DNA from: Phycisphaerae bacterium
Lineage (GTDB): Bacteria > Planctomycetota > Phycisphaerae > UBA1845
Assembly (NCBI GenBank): GCA_963666835.2
Contig: CAXXGO010000006.1
Location: 1,024,001 to 1,088,000, forward strand
DNA: 64,000 nt
Reading direction: 5' to 3'
This document shows, piece after piece, positions 10,318 to 20,072 of this stretch. The notes beneath the pieces were generated by a model that had not been told where the DNA came from, did not search any database, and saw only the letters and a program-made list of their open reading frames with translations. Position 1 is the stretch's first letter. Each line of letters opens with the position of its first letter. A program made the translations under genes and the position numbers.

Positions 10318-12195
10318 ATGGAGTGGCGTCATTTGTGGGGCGGATTCGTTGCGGTGATTGTGCTCGTGTTCTTGGGCCTTACGGCCAATCCGGCGACCTC
10401 GGCCCCTCTGCCGGATACGGAAGCCTGCTGCGTTGGCGACGGAGATGTGTGCTTCAACATGCCGCCGGATGCGTGCATTGACGAAGGCGGCGGGACCCCG
10501 CAGGGCCCGGGTACGTACTGCCTCGGGGACGGCAACGGCAACGGGATTGACGACGCCTGCGAGGGCGGTGCGGAGACGCAGGCCTGCTGCCTGCCGGACG
10601 GTAGTTGTGTTGACGTCGACCCGATGGAGTGCGTGGAGAGCCTTGGCGGCGCGGCGCAGGGAACTGAAACCGTTTGCACCGAGCCGGCCGCCTGCTGCCT
10701 GCCGGACGACAGTTGTGCCAACCTGGACCCGCTCTGTTGTCTTGAGCAGGGCGGCGACTCTGTGGCGGGGTGGTGCTCCACTCCCGAAGCCTGTTGCATG
10801 CCGGACGGCACTTGTGTCGAGCTGGATCCCGCCTGCTGCACCGCCGAGGGCGGTACTCCGCAAGGCGCCGGTACGACCTGCACCGCTGTCGAGGCTTGTT
10901 GCCTGCCGGACGGAACTTGTGCCGCGTTGGACCCGCTATGTTGCACTGCCGAGGGCGGTACTCCGCAGGGTGCGGGCTCTGTTTGCACCGCCGTCGAGGC
11001 TTGCTGCCTTTCGGATGGCGCTTGTGCCGATCTCGACCCACTGTGTTGCATCGCGGAGGGTGGTACTCCCCAGGGGCCCGGAACGGCATGTTCCGCCGTT
11101 GATGCCTGTTGCCTTCCTGATGGGACGTGCATTATGGCAGACCCCGCCTGTTGTGCGGATCTCGGCGGTGTGACCCAAGCCGGCCAGGCCTGCACGGCCG
11201 TCGAAGCTTGCTGCCTTTCGGACGGAACCTGTGCCGAAATGGACCCGCTCTGCTGTGCGGCCGAGGGTGGCGTTCCTCAGGGTATCGGCTCGGTATGCAC
11301 GGCCGCGGAAGCCTGCTGCCTGCCGGACGATACCTGTGCTGAGCTTGACCCGCTTTGCTGCGCCAGCCAGGGCGGAACTCCTCAAGGTGCCGGTACGGTA
11401 TGTACGGCCGTGGAGGCCTGCTGCCTGCCGGATAACACCTGTGCCGATCTTGATCCGCTCTGCTGTGCCGACTTGGGGGGTGTTTCCGAAGGTGCCGGTA
11501 CGCAATGTACTGATGTGGCGCCATGCTGCCTGGCGGACGGAACGTGCCTGATGGTCGATCCTTTGTGTTGTGTTGAACTCGGGGGTACGGTGCAGGCCGG
11601 CGGTGGTGCTTGCACGGCTGAAGAAGGTTGCTGTTTTGCCGACGGAACGTGCGCTACGCTTGATCCGCTCTGCTGTATCGACCAGGGCGGGACCCCGCAG
11701 GGTGCCGGTACGGTTTGCACGGCCGTTGAGGGCTGCTGCTTCGGCGACGGCACCTGTACCGATCTCGACCCGCTCTGTTGTCTTGAGCAGGGCGGAACAC
11801 CGCAAGGCGCCGGCACGGTCTGTACGGAAGAGCAGGCATGCTGCGACCCGGCCAGCGGCGTGTGCGTAATGCTCGACCCGCTGTGCTGTGCGAACCAGGG
11901 CGGCTCGCCGCAGGGCGCCGGCAGCTATTGCAGTGCCTATCAGGCGTGCTGCTATCCGGACGATACCTGTCGGAATATGGACCCGGCGTGCTGTGTGGAT
12001 CAGGGCGGAGTGCCCGGCGGATCCGGTTCGGCGTGCGAGGGTGACTGGAACGGCGACGGGGCGGACGACTTCTGCCGGTCGCCTTGGGAAGACGAGATTC
12101 CCACGACGTCGACGTGGGGGTTGATTACCCTGGCTCTGCTGCTGCTCGTTGCGGGTAAGGTGTACTTCGGTCGGCGGACTTCGCCCGTCGCGTAA
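10318..12195 (+). CDS. IPTL-CTERM surface protein with 15 ~35-aa Cys-rich repeats
   Basis: Signal peptide; repeat ACCLPDGTCxxLDPLCCxxxGGTPQGAGTVCT; tail IPTTSTWGLITLALLLLVAGKVYFGRR. Confidence 0.9.
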   Translation: MEWRHLWGGFVAVIVLVFLGLTANPATSAPLPDTEACCVGDGDVCFNMPPDACIDEGGGTPQGPGTYCLGDGNGNGIDDACEGGAETQACCLPDGSCVDVDPMECVESLGGAAQGTETVCTEPAACCLPDDSCANLDPLCCLEQGGDSVAGWCSTPEACCMPDGTCVELDPACCTAEGGTPQGAGTTCTAVEACCLPDGTCAALDPLCCTAEGGTPQGAGSVCTAVEACCLSDGACADLDPLCCIAEGGTPQGPGTACSAVDACCLPDGTCIMADPACCADLGGVTQAGQACTAVEACCLSDGTCAEMDPLCCAAEGGVPQGIGSVCTAAEACCLPDDTCAELDPLCCASQGGTPQGAGTVCTAVEACCLPDNTCADLDPLCCADLGGVSEGAGTQCTDVAPCCLADGTCLMVDPLCCVELGGTVQAGGGACTAEEGCCFADGTCATLDPLCCIDQGGTPQGAGTVCTAVEGCCFGDGTCTDLDPLCCLEQGGTPQGAGTVCTEEQACCDPASGVCVMLDPLCCANQGGSPQGAGSYCSAYQACCYPDDTCRNMDPACCVDQGGVPGGSGSACEGDWNGDGADDFCRSPWEDEIPTTSTWGLITLALLLLVAGKVYFGRRTSPVA

Positions 12196-12223
12196 GACCG
12201 ACAGGTTTATGTGTTGAAGATCG

Positions 12224-12258
12224 CGGGCCGCTCCGATACGGGGCGGCCCGTGTTTTCT
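12224..12258 (+). terminator. Intrinsic terminator
   Basis: CGGGCCGCTCC-GATAC-GGGGCGGCCCG followed by TGTTTTCTT. Confidence 0.75.
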
Positions 12259-12329
12259 TATGGCGGATCCAGGAAAGCGTGTTGGTTCTTCGCGCTGTTG
12301 TGTCATGGTTCTGTCATTGAGAGGTCGGG

Positions 12330-12417
12330 CGCGCCCCGTTGGGGTCGAAGAGACGCAACGTCGGTGTACCCAGGGTAGCCGCTGCGCAGCAACCCTGGGC
12401 TATAGGACGTAACGCCT
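12330..12417. repeat. REP-like palindrome (left part; its last hairpin is split by the DUF1670 element)
   Basis: CCCCGTTGGGG, CCCAGGGT...ACCCTGGG, then ACGCC whose partner GGCGT lies after 14330. Confidence 0.7.
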
Positions 12418-12482
12418 ACCTTCCTGACATATGTCCACCCGGGTACCTTGGTAACGGACTTCGGGACTTGGGAGGACTACGC

Positions 12483-13334
12483 ATGGGGCTGCGGAACAAG
12501 AAGAAGGAGAGGCTTGAGCGTCTTGACTCGAAGACACTGGATGCCAAGTTTTTGCACGAAATCAAGCACGGACTCCATTGTTCGCCATTCGAGGCCGAGG
12601 CGGTTCTCGATGTGGTCAAGGAAGTTTACTTCCCGTACCTCGATGAACACGCCGGCAAGGCCCCACCTGGCAAGATTGGCTTGGTCGTCGTCGACGCCGA
12701 CGAGCCTGCCGGGAAACCCGTCTGCGAATGCCAGAAGCAGAACGTGTGCCTGACAATCCACCGAGGTGCAGAGGATGATCGACTTCTGGAGGAGGAGGGG
12801 CCGGTCGGCTTTCGACAAGCCCGCATCCCACCGCTTTGCCAAGAAGCCCTGAGTCAAGGTGGGCTGCTCACGCGCGAAGATCTGGCCTACCGGATGTTCT
12901 TTGTTACGCCACGAACCATTACGCGCGATTTGAACGCTCTCCGGAGTGCGTATCCCGGGGTGCTTATTCCTCTGCGAGGAATCGTACACGATCTTGGTCC
13001 CGTGTTGACTCATCGCAGCCAAATCGTGCGTTTGGCTCTGGAGGGAAAGACGACCTCACAGATCTGCACCATGCTTCGCCATTCACCGGCGGCTGTAGCG
13101 AACTACGTCTCGACATTCACCCGTTGTGCGCAGTTGGCAAAGAAAGGTATGCAGGTCGGGCAAATCGCCTTCCTTCTGCGGAGAGGCAAGCGGTTGGTAC
13201 AACAGTACCTTGATCTCCTCGACGAATGCGCGGTCGACAAGAACATGGGCTATCACCTGGAAGAACTGATGCGCCTGGGTTGTTGTGGCGGGGGGAAAAA
13301 GGGACACGGTGAAGAGGGAAGATCCGATGGGTAA
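12483..13334 (+). CDS. DUF1670-like protein A
   Basis: GGAGG RBS; EALSQGGLLTREDL, PLRGIVHDLGPVLTH and HSPAAVANY motifs; C-terminal HTH-like segments. Confidence 0.8.
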   Translation: MGLRNKKKERLERLDSKTLDAKFLHEIKHGLHCSPFEAEAVLDVVKEVYFPYLDEHAGKAPPGKIGLVVVDADEPAGKPVCECQKQNVCLTIHRGAEDDRLLEEEGPVGFRQARIPPLCQEALSQGGLLTREDLAYRMFFVTPRTITRDLNALRSAYPGVLIPLRGIVHDLGPVLTHRSQIVRLALEGKTTSQICTMLRHSPAAVANYVSTFTRCAQLAKKGMQVGQIAFLLRRGKRLVQQYLDLLDECAVDKNMGYHLEELMRLGCCGGGKKGHGEEGRSDG

Positions 13335-14100
13335 GCCGCGAGACACCAACAGCAGAAGATACAGTCCCCTGCAGGCGAAAACGCTGAGAAACGTGTTGGC
13401 TCACCGCATCGAAACGGAGTTTCCACGCATAGGCGGCCCACGGATTCGCAACCTGTGCGCAGAGATGATCCTTGAGGTCATCGGTGCCCACGTTCTCCCG
13501 AAGGAGCATATCCAACATGGTCAGATACTCTGGATGGCGATCAGCAGCGCAGATCCCCCGAGTCAGCGTCGACGGATTGAGGATACCGATCTGCTTCCGG
13601 TGGTCTTGGACGTGAGTACCTTCGAGGATATCGAGATGCGTTTGCAGAAGAAGGGACGTGGAGAGTTGCTCTTACAAAAGAGCTTGAGGTTATGCCGACA
13701 GGCGTACGAACAAGGGGGCGTTCTGTCCAACTCTGATCTCTCGGAGTTGTTAGCAGTCAATGCGTCGGACGTCTCGCGATTGTTGGCGGCGTACGAACGC
13801 GAGACCGGTCAGATCGTCCCACGTCGCGCTACTGTCCACGATGTCGGCACAGGGCTTACGCACAAACGGATCATCTGTTTCAAACATTACGCAGAAGGCA
13901 AAGCGGCTAACGAAGTGGCTCGGGAAACGTACCACAGCCTTGAGGCTGTGGATCGTTACCTGGGCCAGTACGATCGCGTCCGCCACTGCCATCTTCAGGG
14001 GCTGACGGCAAAGGAGACAGCCCATGCTTTAGGTTGCAGCATCTTCCTGGTTCAGGAGTACCTGGAGATCGATCATGAGTTGGAGGGCCAGCATGCTTGA
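13327..14100 (+). CDS. DUF1670-like protein B (paralog of A, overlapping its stop)
   Basis: QAYEQGGVLSNSDL, PRRATVHDVGTGLTHK and HSLEAVDRY motifs. Confidence 0.85.
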   Translation: MGKPRDTNSRRYSPLQAKTLRNVLAHRIETEFPRIGGPRIRNLCAEMILEVIGAHVLPKEHIQHGQILWMAISSADPPSQRRRIEDTDLLPVVLDVSTFEDIEMRLQKKGRGELLLQKSLRLCRQAYEQGGVLSNSDLSELLAVNASDVSRLLAAYERETGQIVPRRATVHDVGTGLTHKRIICFKHYAEGKAANEVARETYHSLEAVDRYLGQYDRVRHCHLQGLTAKETAHALGCSIFLVQEYLEIDHELEGQHA

Positions 14101-14559
14101 CTCGATGGCACAGCACGTCAGACTTGTGTGTGCTGGTCGAGAGGACAGGGCTCTGCTGAGGAGCACCCCGAGCGCTCGTACCAGTGCCGGGACAGGCGCG
14201 GGAGTCTGCATGCACGGCGGGCTCTCGCTCTCCCTGGCCTGTTCTGGCTCCCAAGCGACAAACCTTGGGGGTCTGGGGGCAAAGCCCCCGGTGATCGCCA
14301 CACGGTCGCGGTGGACATATGTCACTATCTTCGGCGTATGTTGGGATCGCGGCTCATACTAATGCCCCCGGGCGGTATTGAGTTCTCAGGTGCCTGTCTT
14401 TTTGGGCCGTTTCCGACGATGAATCGCGGGAAGATGTAGGCGGGCAGGTGTAGTCCGGCCGAAGCCATGCGGTCTTCATCTTGACACACGTGGGTTGCGG
14501 GTCTACGGTCCATCGCGCGGAGACCGGACGAACGAGGCCGCGGACCTGCCCCGGGCAAC

Positions 14560-17301
14560 ATGGCAAAGACGCTCTATCTCATTGACGGGCACGCTCAGAT
14601 CTACCGGGCGTATTACGCGCCGTTCCGCGAGCTGAACAGTCCGACGGGCGAGCCGACTCGCGCAACGTACGTATTCTGCCAGATGCTTCTGAACCTGATC
14701 CGCGATCGTCGGCCGGATTACCTTGCTATGGTGCTGGATCCGCCGCCGGACGAAGAACGAGGCGTCTTTAGGTACGAGATCGACAACCGCTACAAAGCCA
14801 ATCGTGACCCCGGTCCGGAGGATCTCTACGTTCAAGCCCGCCGCATCGTCTCGATCGTTACCGCCTTGGGGATTCCTGTTCACTGTGTGCCCGGCTTCGA
14901 GGCGGACGACCTGCTGGCCACGATCGGGCATCGAATGCGGGACGAGGATGTCGACGTATGCCTGGTAAGCCGCGACAAGGATCTCGAGCAATTGCTGACC
15001 GACCGCCTGCGGCTGTATGACCCGCAGAAGGACGAGGTGATCGACCCGAGGGTGCTTTTGGAGAAGAAGGGCTACTCCCCCGAGCAGGCGGTCGAGGTGC
15101 AGACGCTGGCGGGCGACTCGGCGGACAATATCCCCGGCGTGCCGGGGGTGGGGATCAAGACGGCCGCGAAGCTGGTCAGGAAGTACGGCTCGGCCCAGGC
15201 GGTGCTGGAGCATGCCGCCGAGCTTACCCCGAAGATGCGCGAGAACGTGGCGGCGTTCGCCGAGCAGTTGCCGGTCACTCGTGAATTGGTGACTTTGCGG
15301 AAGGACGTGCCGCTGGACTTTCGCCTTGATGACTGCCGGGCCGACGATGTCGACTTCTCCGCCGTTCGGCCGATCTTCTCGGAGCTGGGTTTTCGCCGGC
15401 TTCTCGATACGCTGGACGGTTTCAAGCCTGCCGCTTCGCCCGTAGATGACAACTCTGCGTCACTAAAACACGCGGGCGAGCCGGAGATTCACGTTGAGTA
15501 TCACCTTGTCGATAGCATCGAGGCGCTCGACGAATTCGTAGCGAAGCTCCGGGCGGACACGCAAGGTAAGGCGTTCGCCCTGGATACTGAGACCACCGGC
15601 TTGAATCCGGTGGCCGCGAAGTTGGTCGGGCTCTCGTTTTCATGGAAGGCGGGGGAAGCGTATTACCTTCCGGTGCGGGCGTCGGTCGGGGCGGTGCTGC
15701 CTGAAGCGGTGGTGGTCGAGAAGCTCAAGCCAATCCTCGAAGACCCCACAGTCGGAAAAGTGGGGCAGAACATCAAATACGATCTCGTCGTGTTGCGCCA
15801 GGTCGGCATCGAGGTGGCGGGGGTCGCGTTTGACACGATGATTGCCAGCTTCCTGCTCGATCCGCATCGGTCTTCGCATTCGATGGACGCGCTGGTTCGG
15901 AACCTGCTCGGACACGAGATGATCCCGATCTCGGATTTGATCGGTAAGGGCAAGAACCAGATTACTATGGACCAGATCGACACGGCCCGCACTGGTGAAT
16001 ACGCCGCGGAGGACGCGGATTTCACCTGGCGGCTCAAGGAGCTCTTCGAGCCTCAGATAACCGGCAGCCCCGTCGAGCGTCTGTTCCATGACACGGAGAT
16101 GCCTCTCGTTGAAGTCCTGGCCTCGATGGAGCACAACGGTATTGCCTTGGATGAGGCGTTGCTCGGGCGCCTTAGTTTCACAATCGCGCAGCGGTTGAGC
16201 GAGCTGACCGCGAGGGTCCATCAGGCGGCCGGGCATTCGTTCAACATCGATTCGCCCAAGCAGCTTGCCGGGGTGCTATTCGACGAGCAGGGGCTGGCCT
16301 CGGTCAAGAAGACCAAGACCGGCAGGAGCACGGACGCCGAGACCCTCAACACGCTGGCGCGGCAGACAGATAACGCGATCCCGCAACTTGTGCTCGAGTA
16401 TCGGGAGCTGGCCAAGCTTAAGAACACCTATGTGGATACGCTGCCGAAGATGATCTGCCGGCGTACCGGACGGCTCCACGCCAGCTTCAACCAGATCGGC
16501 GCGATCACCGGGCGGCTCTCCTCCAGCGATCCGAACTTACAGAATATCCCGATTCGAACTGAGACCGGTCGGCAGATTCGGGCCGCGGTAGTGGCGGGTG
16601 AGCCTGACAATGTGTTGCTGGCGGCCGACTATTCGCAGATCGAGCTGCGGCTCCTGGCCCACTTCTGCCGGGATACCACTCTGCTCGAGGCCTTCCAGAG
16701 CGGGCAGGACATCCATCGAGTCGTCGCGGCCCAGGTCAACGGCGTGTCGGTGGACGAGGTCACCACCGCTCAGCGCAGCGCGGCCAAGGCCGTCAACTTC
16801 GGCATTGTTTACGGGCAATCCGCGTTCGGGCTGGCCAAGGCCCTGGATATTCCGGTAGGCGAAGCCCAGATGTTCATCGATACGTATTTCCTGCGTTATC
16901 CCGGAATCCGACTGTTCATTGATGACTGTATCGCGCGCACGAAGGCCAACGGCTACGCCGAGACGATTCTGGGCCGGCGGCGTCAGGTGCCCGAGCTGCG
17001 CTCCCGCAACCGCCAGCAAGTCGGTCTCGGTGAGCGGATCGCGGTTAATACGGTGGTACAGGGTTCCGCGGCCGATTTGATCAAGCGGGCCATGATCGAT
17101 ATCCACCGCGCGCTGGCGAAGGACGATCAGGTAGTCCGCATGCTGATCCAGGTCCACGACGAGCTGGTCTTCGAGGTCCCCGGCGCGCTGGTTGAGCCGA
17201 CGGCCGCGATGGTTCGAGAGAAGATGGAAAGCGCCATGTCTTTGAACGTGCCCCTGGTGGCTGATGTGGCTTGGGGTCGTACCTGGGCGGAAGCGAAGTA
17301 G
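14560..17301 (+). CDS. polA: DNA polymerase I
   Basis: LYLIDG 5'-3' exonuclease start, DTETT 3'-5' exonuclease motif, TGRLSSSDPNLQNIP, DYSQIELR, QVHDEL. Confidence 0.98.
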   Translation: MAKTLYLIDGHAQIYRAYYAPFRELNSPTGEPTRATYVFCQMLLNLIRDRRPDYLAMVLDPPPDEERGVFRYEIDNRYKANRDPGPEDLYVQARRIVSIVTALGIPVHCVPGFEADDLLATIGHRMRDEDVDVCLVSRDKDLEQLLTDRLRLYDPQKDEVIDPRVLLEKKGYSPEQAVEVQTLAGDSADNIPGVPGVGIKTAAKLVRKYGSAQAVLEHAAELTPKMRENVAAFAEQLPVTRELVTLRKDVPLDFRLDDCRADDVDFSAVRPIFSELGFRRLLDTLDGFKPAASPVDDNSASLKHAGEPEIHVEYHLVDSIEALDEFVAKLRADTQGKAFALDTETTGLNPVAAKLVGLSFSWKAGEAYYLPVRASVGAVLPEAVVVEKLKPILEDPTVGKVGQNIKYDLVVLRQVGIEVAGVAFDTMIASFLLDPHRSSHSMDALVRNLLGHEMIPISDLIGKGKNQITMDQIDTARTGEYAAEDADFTWRLKELFEPQITGSPVERLFHDTEMPLVEVLASMEHNGIALDEALLGRLSFTIAQRLSELTARVHQAAGHSFNIDSPKQLAGVLFDEQGLASVKKTKTGRSTDAETLNTLARQTDNAIPQLVLEYRELAKLKNTYVDTLPKMICRRTGRLHASFNQIGAITGRLSSSDPNLQNIPIRTETGRQIRAAVVAGEPDNVLLAADYSQIELRLLAHFCRDTTLLEAFQSGQDIHRVVAAQVNGVSVDEVTTAQRSAAKAVNFGIVYGQSAFGLAKALDIPVGEAQMFIDTYFLRYPGIRLFIDDCIARTKANGYAETILGRRRQVPELRSRNRQQVGLGERIAVNTVVQGSAADLIKRAMIDIHRALAKDDQVVRMLIQVHDELVFEVPGALVEPTAAMVREKMESAMSLNVPLVADVAWGRTWAEAK

Positions 17302-17566
17302 CTCGCCCGATCCGCCGCCGCGTTCGTTGAACCGTCCGCCGAGCGCGCCTTGCCCGATAAAACCCGCCCGCGCGCTGTTTCTCAGAGGGTCATACCGTTG
17401 TCAGTAGATGTTATACGTCTCTAAGGAAATATCAGCGCATCCGTATCGGTAGTTCCCCCTCTTTGATTGGGCTTGCGGGTCGGCTGAATTGTAGACTCGC
17501 ATGGGGTCAAACGACTCTGAGGTCCTTTACTGAGGTGAAAGGTGTTTTCCGAGGGGGCTGGAAGAG

Positions 17567-18355
17567 ATGTCCTATATCGATTTGCAACCGACGTTGGCCG
17601 AGTGGCCGTACGATGCCGAACAGATCTCCGTCCGAAAAATCCTCGGATCGGATGGTCTGGTCAGAATCCAGATGCGCGTCGAGCTCGGGGTCCTGCAGAT
17701 GGAGGCCGAGGGGCGTCCCGACGGCGTTCAGCCGCACGGCTGCCGGTCGATGCTGGACTACCACAAAGAGCGTCTGGCCAAGTACGAGGAGCGCAACGGA
17801 ACGACGATCGGTTTCTCGCTGTCGCCGTATCAGTGCCACGACCTGCGCGTCGAGGCCTCGCTCTTCTATCGCCGTTATGTTGCCTTGTTCGTGCTGGAAG
17901 AGTACGACGACGTTGTCCGGGACACGGCCCACAACCTGGAGATCTTCGATCTTTGCCGGCATTACGCCCGCGAAGGTGAGGATCGATCCTGCCTGGAGTC
18001 GTTCCGCTCCTATGTGTTGATGATGAATGCGCGGTCGCGGGCCTTGCGCGCCAACGAGCTGAAAGAGTACACCAGCGTAATCGCCCACATCAACCGCGGC
18101 ATCATGCATATCCGGAACCACTACGAGGAACTGGAGATGCCGGAGGCGGCGGAGACGTGTGAGGAAATCGCCATGCTGCAGGCTTTGGGCGCCGAGCTGG
18201 CTCAGAACGCTCCGCAAGATTCGATTACGGTGACCCGCAAGGCCCTGCAGAGCGCCGTGGAGCGTGAGCAGTTCGAAGAAGCTGCCCGGCTTCGGGATAT
18301 GCTCCACGAAATGAGCAAGGAGAAGGACACGGAGGAGGCCAACCGCTCTACCTGA
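17567..18355 (+). CDS. UvrB/UvrC-motif (UVR domain) protein, Planctomycete-type
   Basis: IQMRVELGVLQMEAEGRPDG N-terminus; C-terminal LQSAVEREQFEEAARLRD. Confidence 0.85.
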   Translation: MSYIDLQPTLAEWPYDAEQISVRKILGSDGLVRIQMRVELGVLQMEAEGRPDGVQPHGCRSMLDYHKERLAKYEERNGTTIGFSLSPYQCHDLRVEASLFYRRYVALFVLEEYDDVVRDTAHNLEIFDLCRHYAREGEDRSCLESFRSYVLMMNARSRALRANELKEYTSVIAHINRGIMHIRNHYEELEMPEAAETCEEIAMLQALGAELAQNAPQDSITVTRKALQSAVEREQFEEAARLRDMLHEMSKEKDTEEANRST

Positions 18356-18391
18356 CCCGTGCTTCAACCTGAAACTGCCGACCCACAGCCG

Positions 18392-18428
18392 AGCGGGAGG
18401 ACGTAATGACCCTCCCGCTTTTCTTTTA
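18392..18428 (+). terminator. Intrinsic terminator
   Basis: AGCGGGAGG...CCTCCCGCT followed by TTTCTTTT. Confidence 0.75.
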
Positions 18429-18698
18429 CGCTCGGCACCGGCGTGCCGCGCACGCTTTATCGGCCTTTCATGCCCCGGTTAACCGTTCATCGAAGATAGG
18501 GCACCGGCGCGGTGCCGAAGGCAAATCGGGATGCCATGAGCGCGAATCTGGGCAGAGTTGCTCCCTTTCTCCAGCAGCCTGTTAACCGCATGCCGAAAAA
18601 CCGTATTCTATGAACTAGCTCTGAGTCACACCGGGGTCTTCGAGTGTGCCACTGCTCTTGAGCAGTGCGGGAGCGGGACTTTTGAGAGAGACGAAACG

Positions 18699-19784
18699 TT
18701 GTTGGATGTGCTCGGCCTTACGTTTGATGAAGTACGGGCGGCTCTGCAGACGCCGCCCCACCGCGTGAAGGAGCTGCGCGCCGATTACAAGCGGCTGCAC
18801 CGCGGCGAAGTCGGCGAGAACTCTCTTCGCGTCGGAGTGCTTCCGGTCGTTCGTCGTGCAAAAGAGGGTGAGCTGACCAAGTTCATTCAGCGCTGCCCGG
18901 ACGGACTCGAAACCGAAAGCGTGGTCGTTCCGATGCGAGGCTACACTCGGACGTGGAAGACGCTGTGTGTATCCTCGCAGGTCGGCTGTGCCAGGGGTTG
19001 CGCGTTTTGCGAGACCGCCCGTCTTGGGTTGCTGCGGAACCTGTCCTGTGCGGAGATTGTCGGGCAGGTGGTCGCCGCCCGGCGCGAACACGGGGACGAG
19101 CTCCGCAACGTCGTCTTCATGGGGATGGGCGAACCGTTCGATAACTTCGACGCGGTGGTCCACGCCATTCGAGTTATTACGGACCGCTCCGGCCTGTCGT
19201 TGGGGCTGAGGAGAATCGCGGTATCCACGGCCGGGGTGACCGCGGGCATCCGCCGGTTGGCCGCGGTCGGTTGGAAACGTCTCGACCTGGCAATCTCGCT
19301 GAACGCTCCTAACGACGAGATCCGCGCCAGGATCATGCCCATCGCGCGGGTCGAGCCTATGAGTGCCCTGCTTGAGGCACTTAAGGCCTATCCCTTGCGG
19401 AACTGCCAGTTCTTCATGATCGAATACGTGCTGATCCCCGGGTTGAACGATGCCCGCGAGCATGCCCGCGAGTTAGCCGAGTACCTGCGTCCGTTAGCGT
19501 GTATCGTCAACGTCATTCCATATAACCCACGTCACGATTCGCCGTGGGACGCTCCGACGGAGGAATCGGTTCTCCGGTTCGTTTCCTGGCTCGACGAGGC
19601 CGGACAACCCGTCAAACGCCGGATTACGAAAGGTCGCACGCTCATGGCCGGCTGCGGTCAGCTCGGCAATCGTGCACTAGCCCGCAACACGAACCCGCCG
19701 GTGGACAGGGCTGACACCGGTTGCCCGGAGTCGCCGCTGATCATAGACGAGCCTCATCGCGGCCGTGTCGATGGAACGTGGTAA
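18699..19784 (+). CDS. rlmN: RlmN/Cfr-family radical SAM RNA methyltransferase
   Basis: TLCVSSQVGCARGCAFC, VFMGMGEP, IEYVLIPGLND, AGCGQL; start uncertain (TTG). Confidence 0.85.
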   Translation: MLDVLGLTFDEVRAALQTPPHRVKELRADYKRLHRGEVGENSLRVGVLPVVRRAKEGELTKFIQRCPDGLETESVVVPMRGYTRTWKTLCVSSQVGCARGCAFCETARLGLLRNLSCAEIVGQVVAARREHGDELRNVVFMGMGEPFDNFDAVVHAIRVITDRSGLSLGLRRIAVSTAGVTAGIRRLAAVGWKRLDLAISLNAPNDEIRARIMPIARVEPMSALLEALKAYPLRNCQFFMIEYVLIPGLNDAREHARELAEYLRPLACIVNVIPYNPRHDSPWDAPTEESVLRFVSWLDEAGQPVKRRITKGRTLMAGCGQLGNRALARNTNPPVDRADTGCPESPLIIDEPHRGRVDGTW

Positions 19785-20072
19785 AATGGGAAGATGCCCG
19801 TCTTCCGAAGGTCACCCTGCGGACATGCTACTAACCCCCGTATTATCGGCCCACGAAGATTGTCTGTTTTTGTCTGGCCAAGTGGGACAGTATGCGCAAC
19901 TTCTTCCATAATAGGTAGTTATCGCAATCGAGAGCGATGGCGGCGGCGGCGTTAATCGTCGTTTTTTTGTTGAATCGCAGCTAGCTAAGCTAGTATATTG
20001 GTGGGTAATTGGGTTAAGAGCGACGATTGTCGCTCGGTGTGCCCATGGGTGCCAGGGGAACCGTTTAGAGTG

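Larger units (their letters stand above)
12416..14330 (+). mobile_element. Putative IS-like element with two DUF1670-like genes and 15-bp subterminal inverted repeats
   Basis: TGACATATGTCCACC at 12425-12439 and GGTGGACATATGTCA at 14310-14324; CT at both junctions; removal restores AACGCCTTCGGCGTA. Confidence 0.75.

Noticed and set aside
12416..14333. 9-bp target-site duplication CTACCTTCC/CTATCTTCG around the DUF1670 element
   Set aside because: Two mismatches, and the CT-core model restores a cleaner REP hairpin; disfavoured but not excluded.
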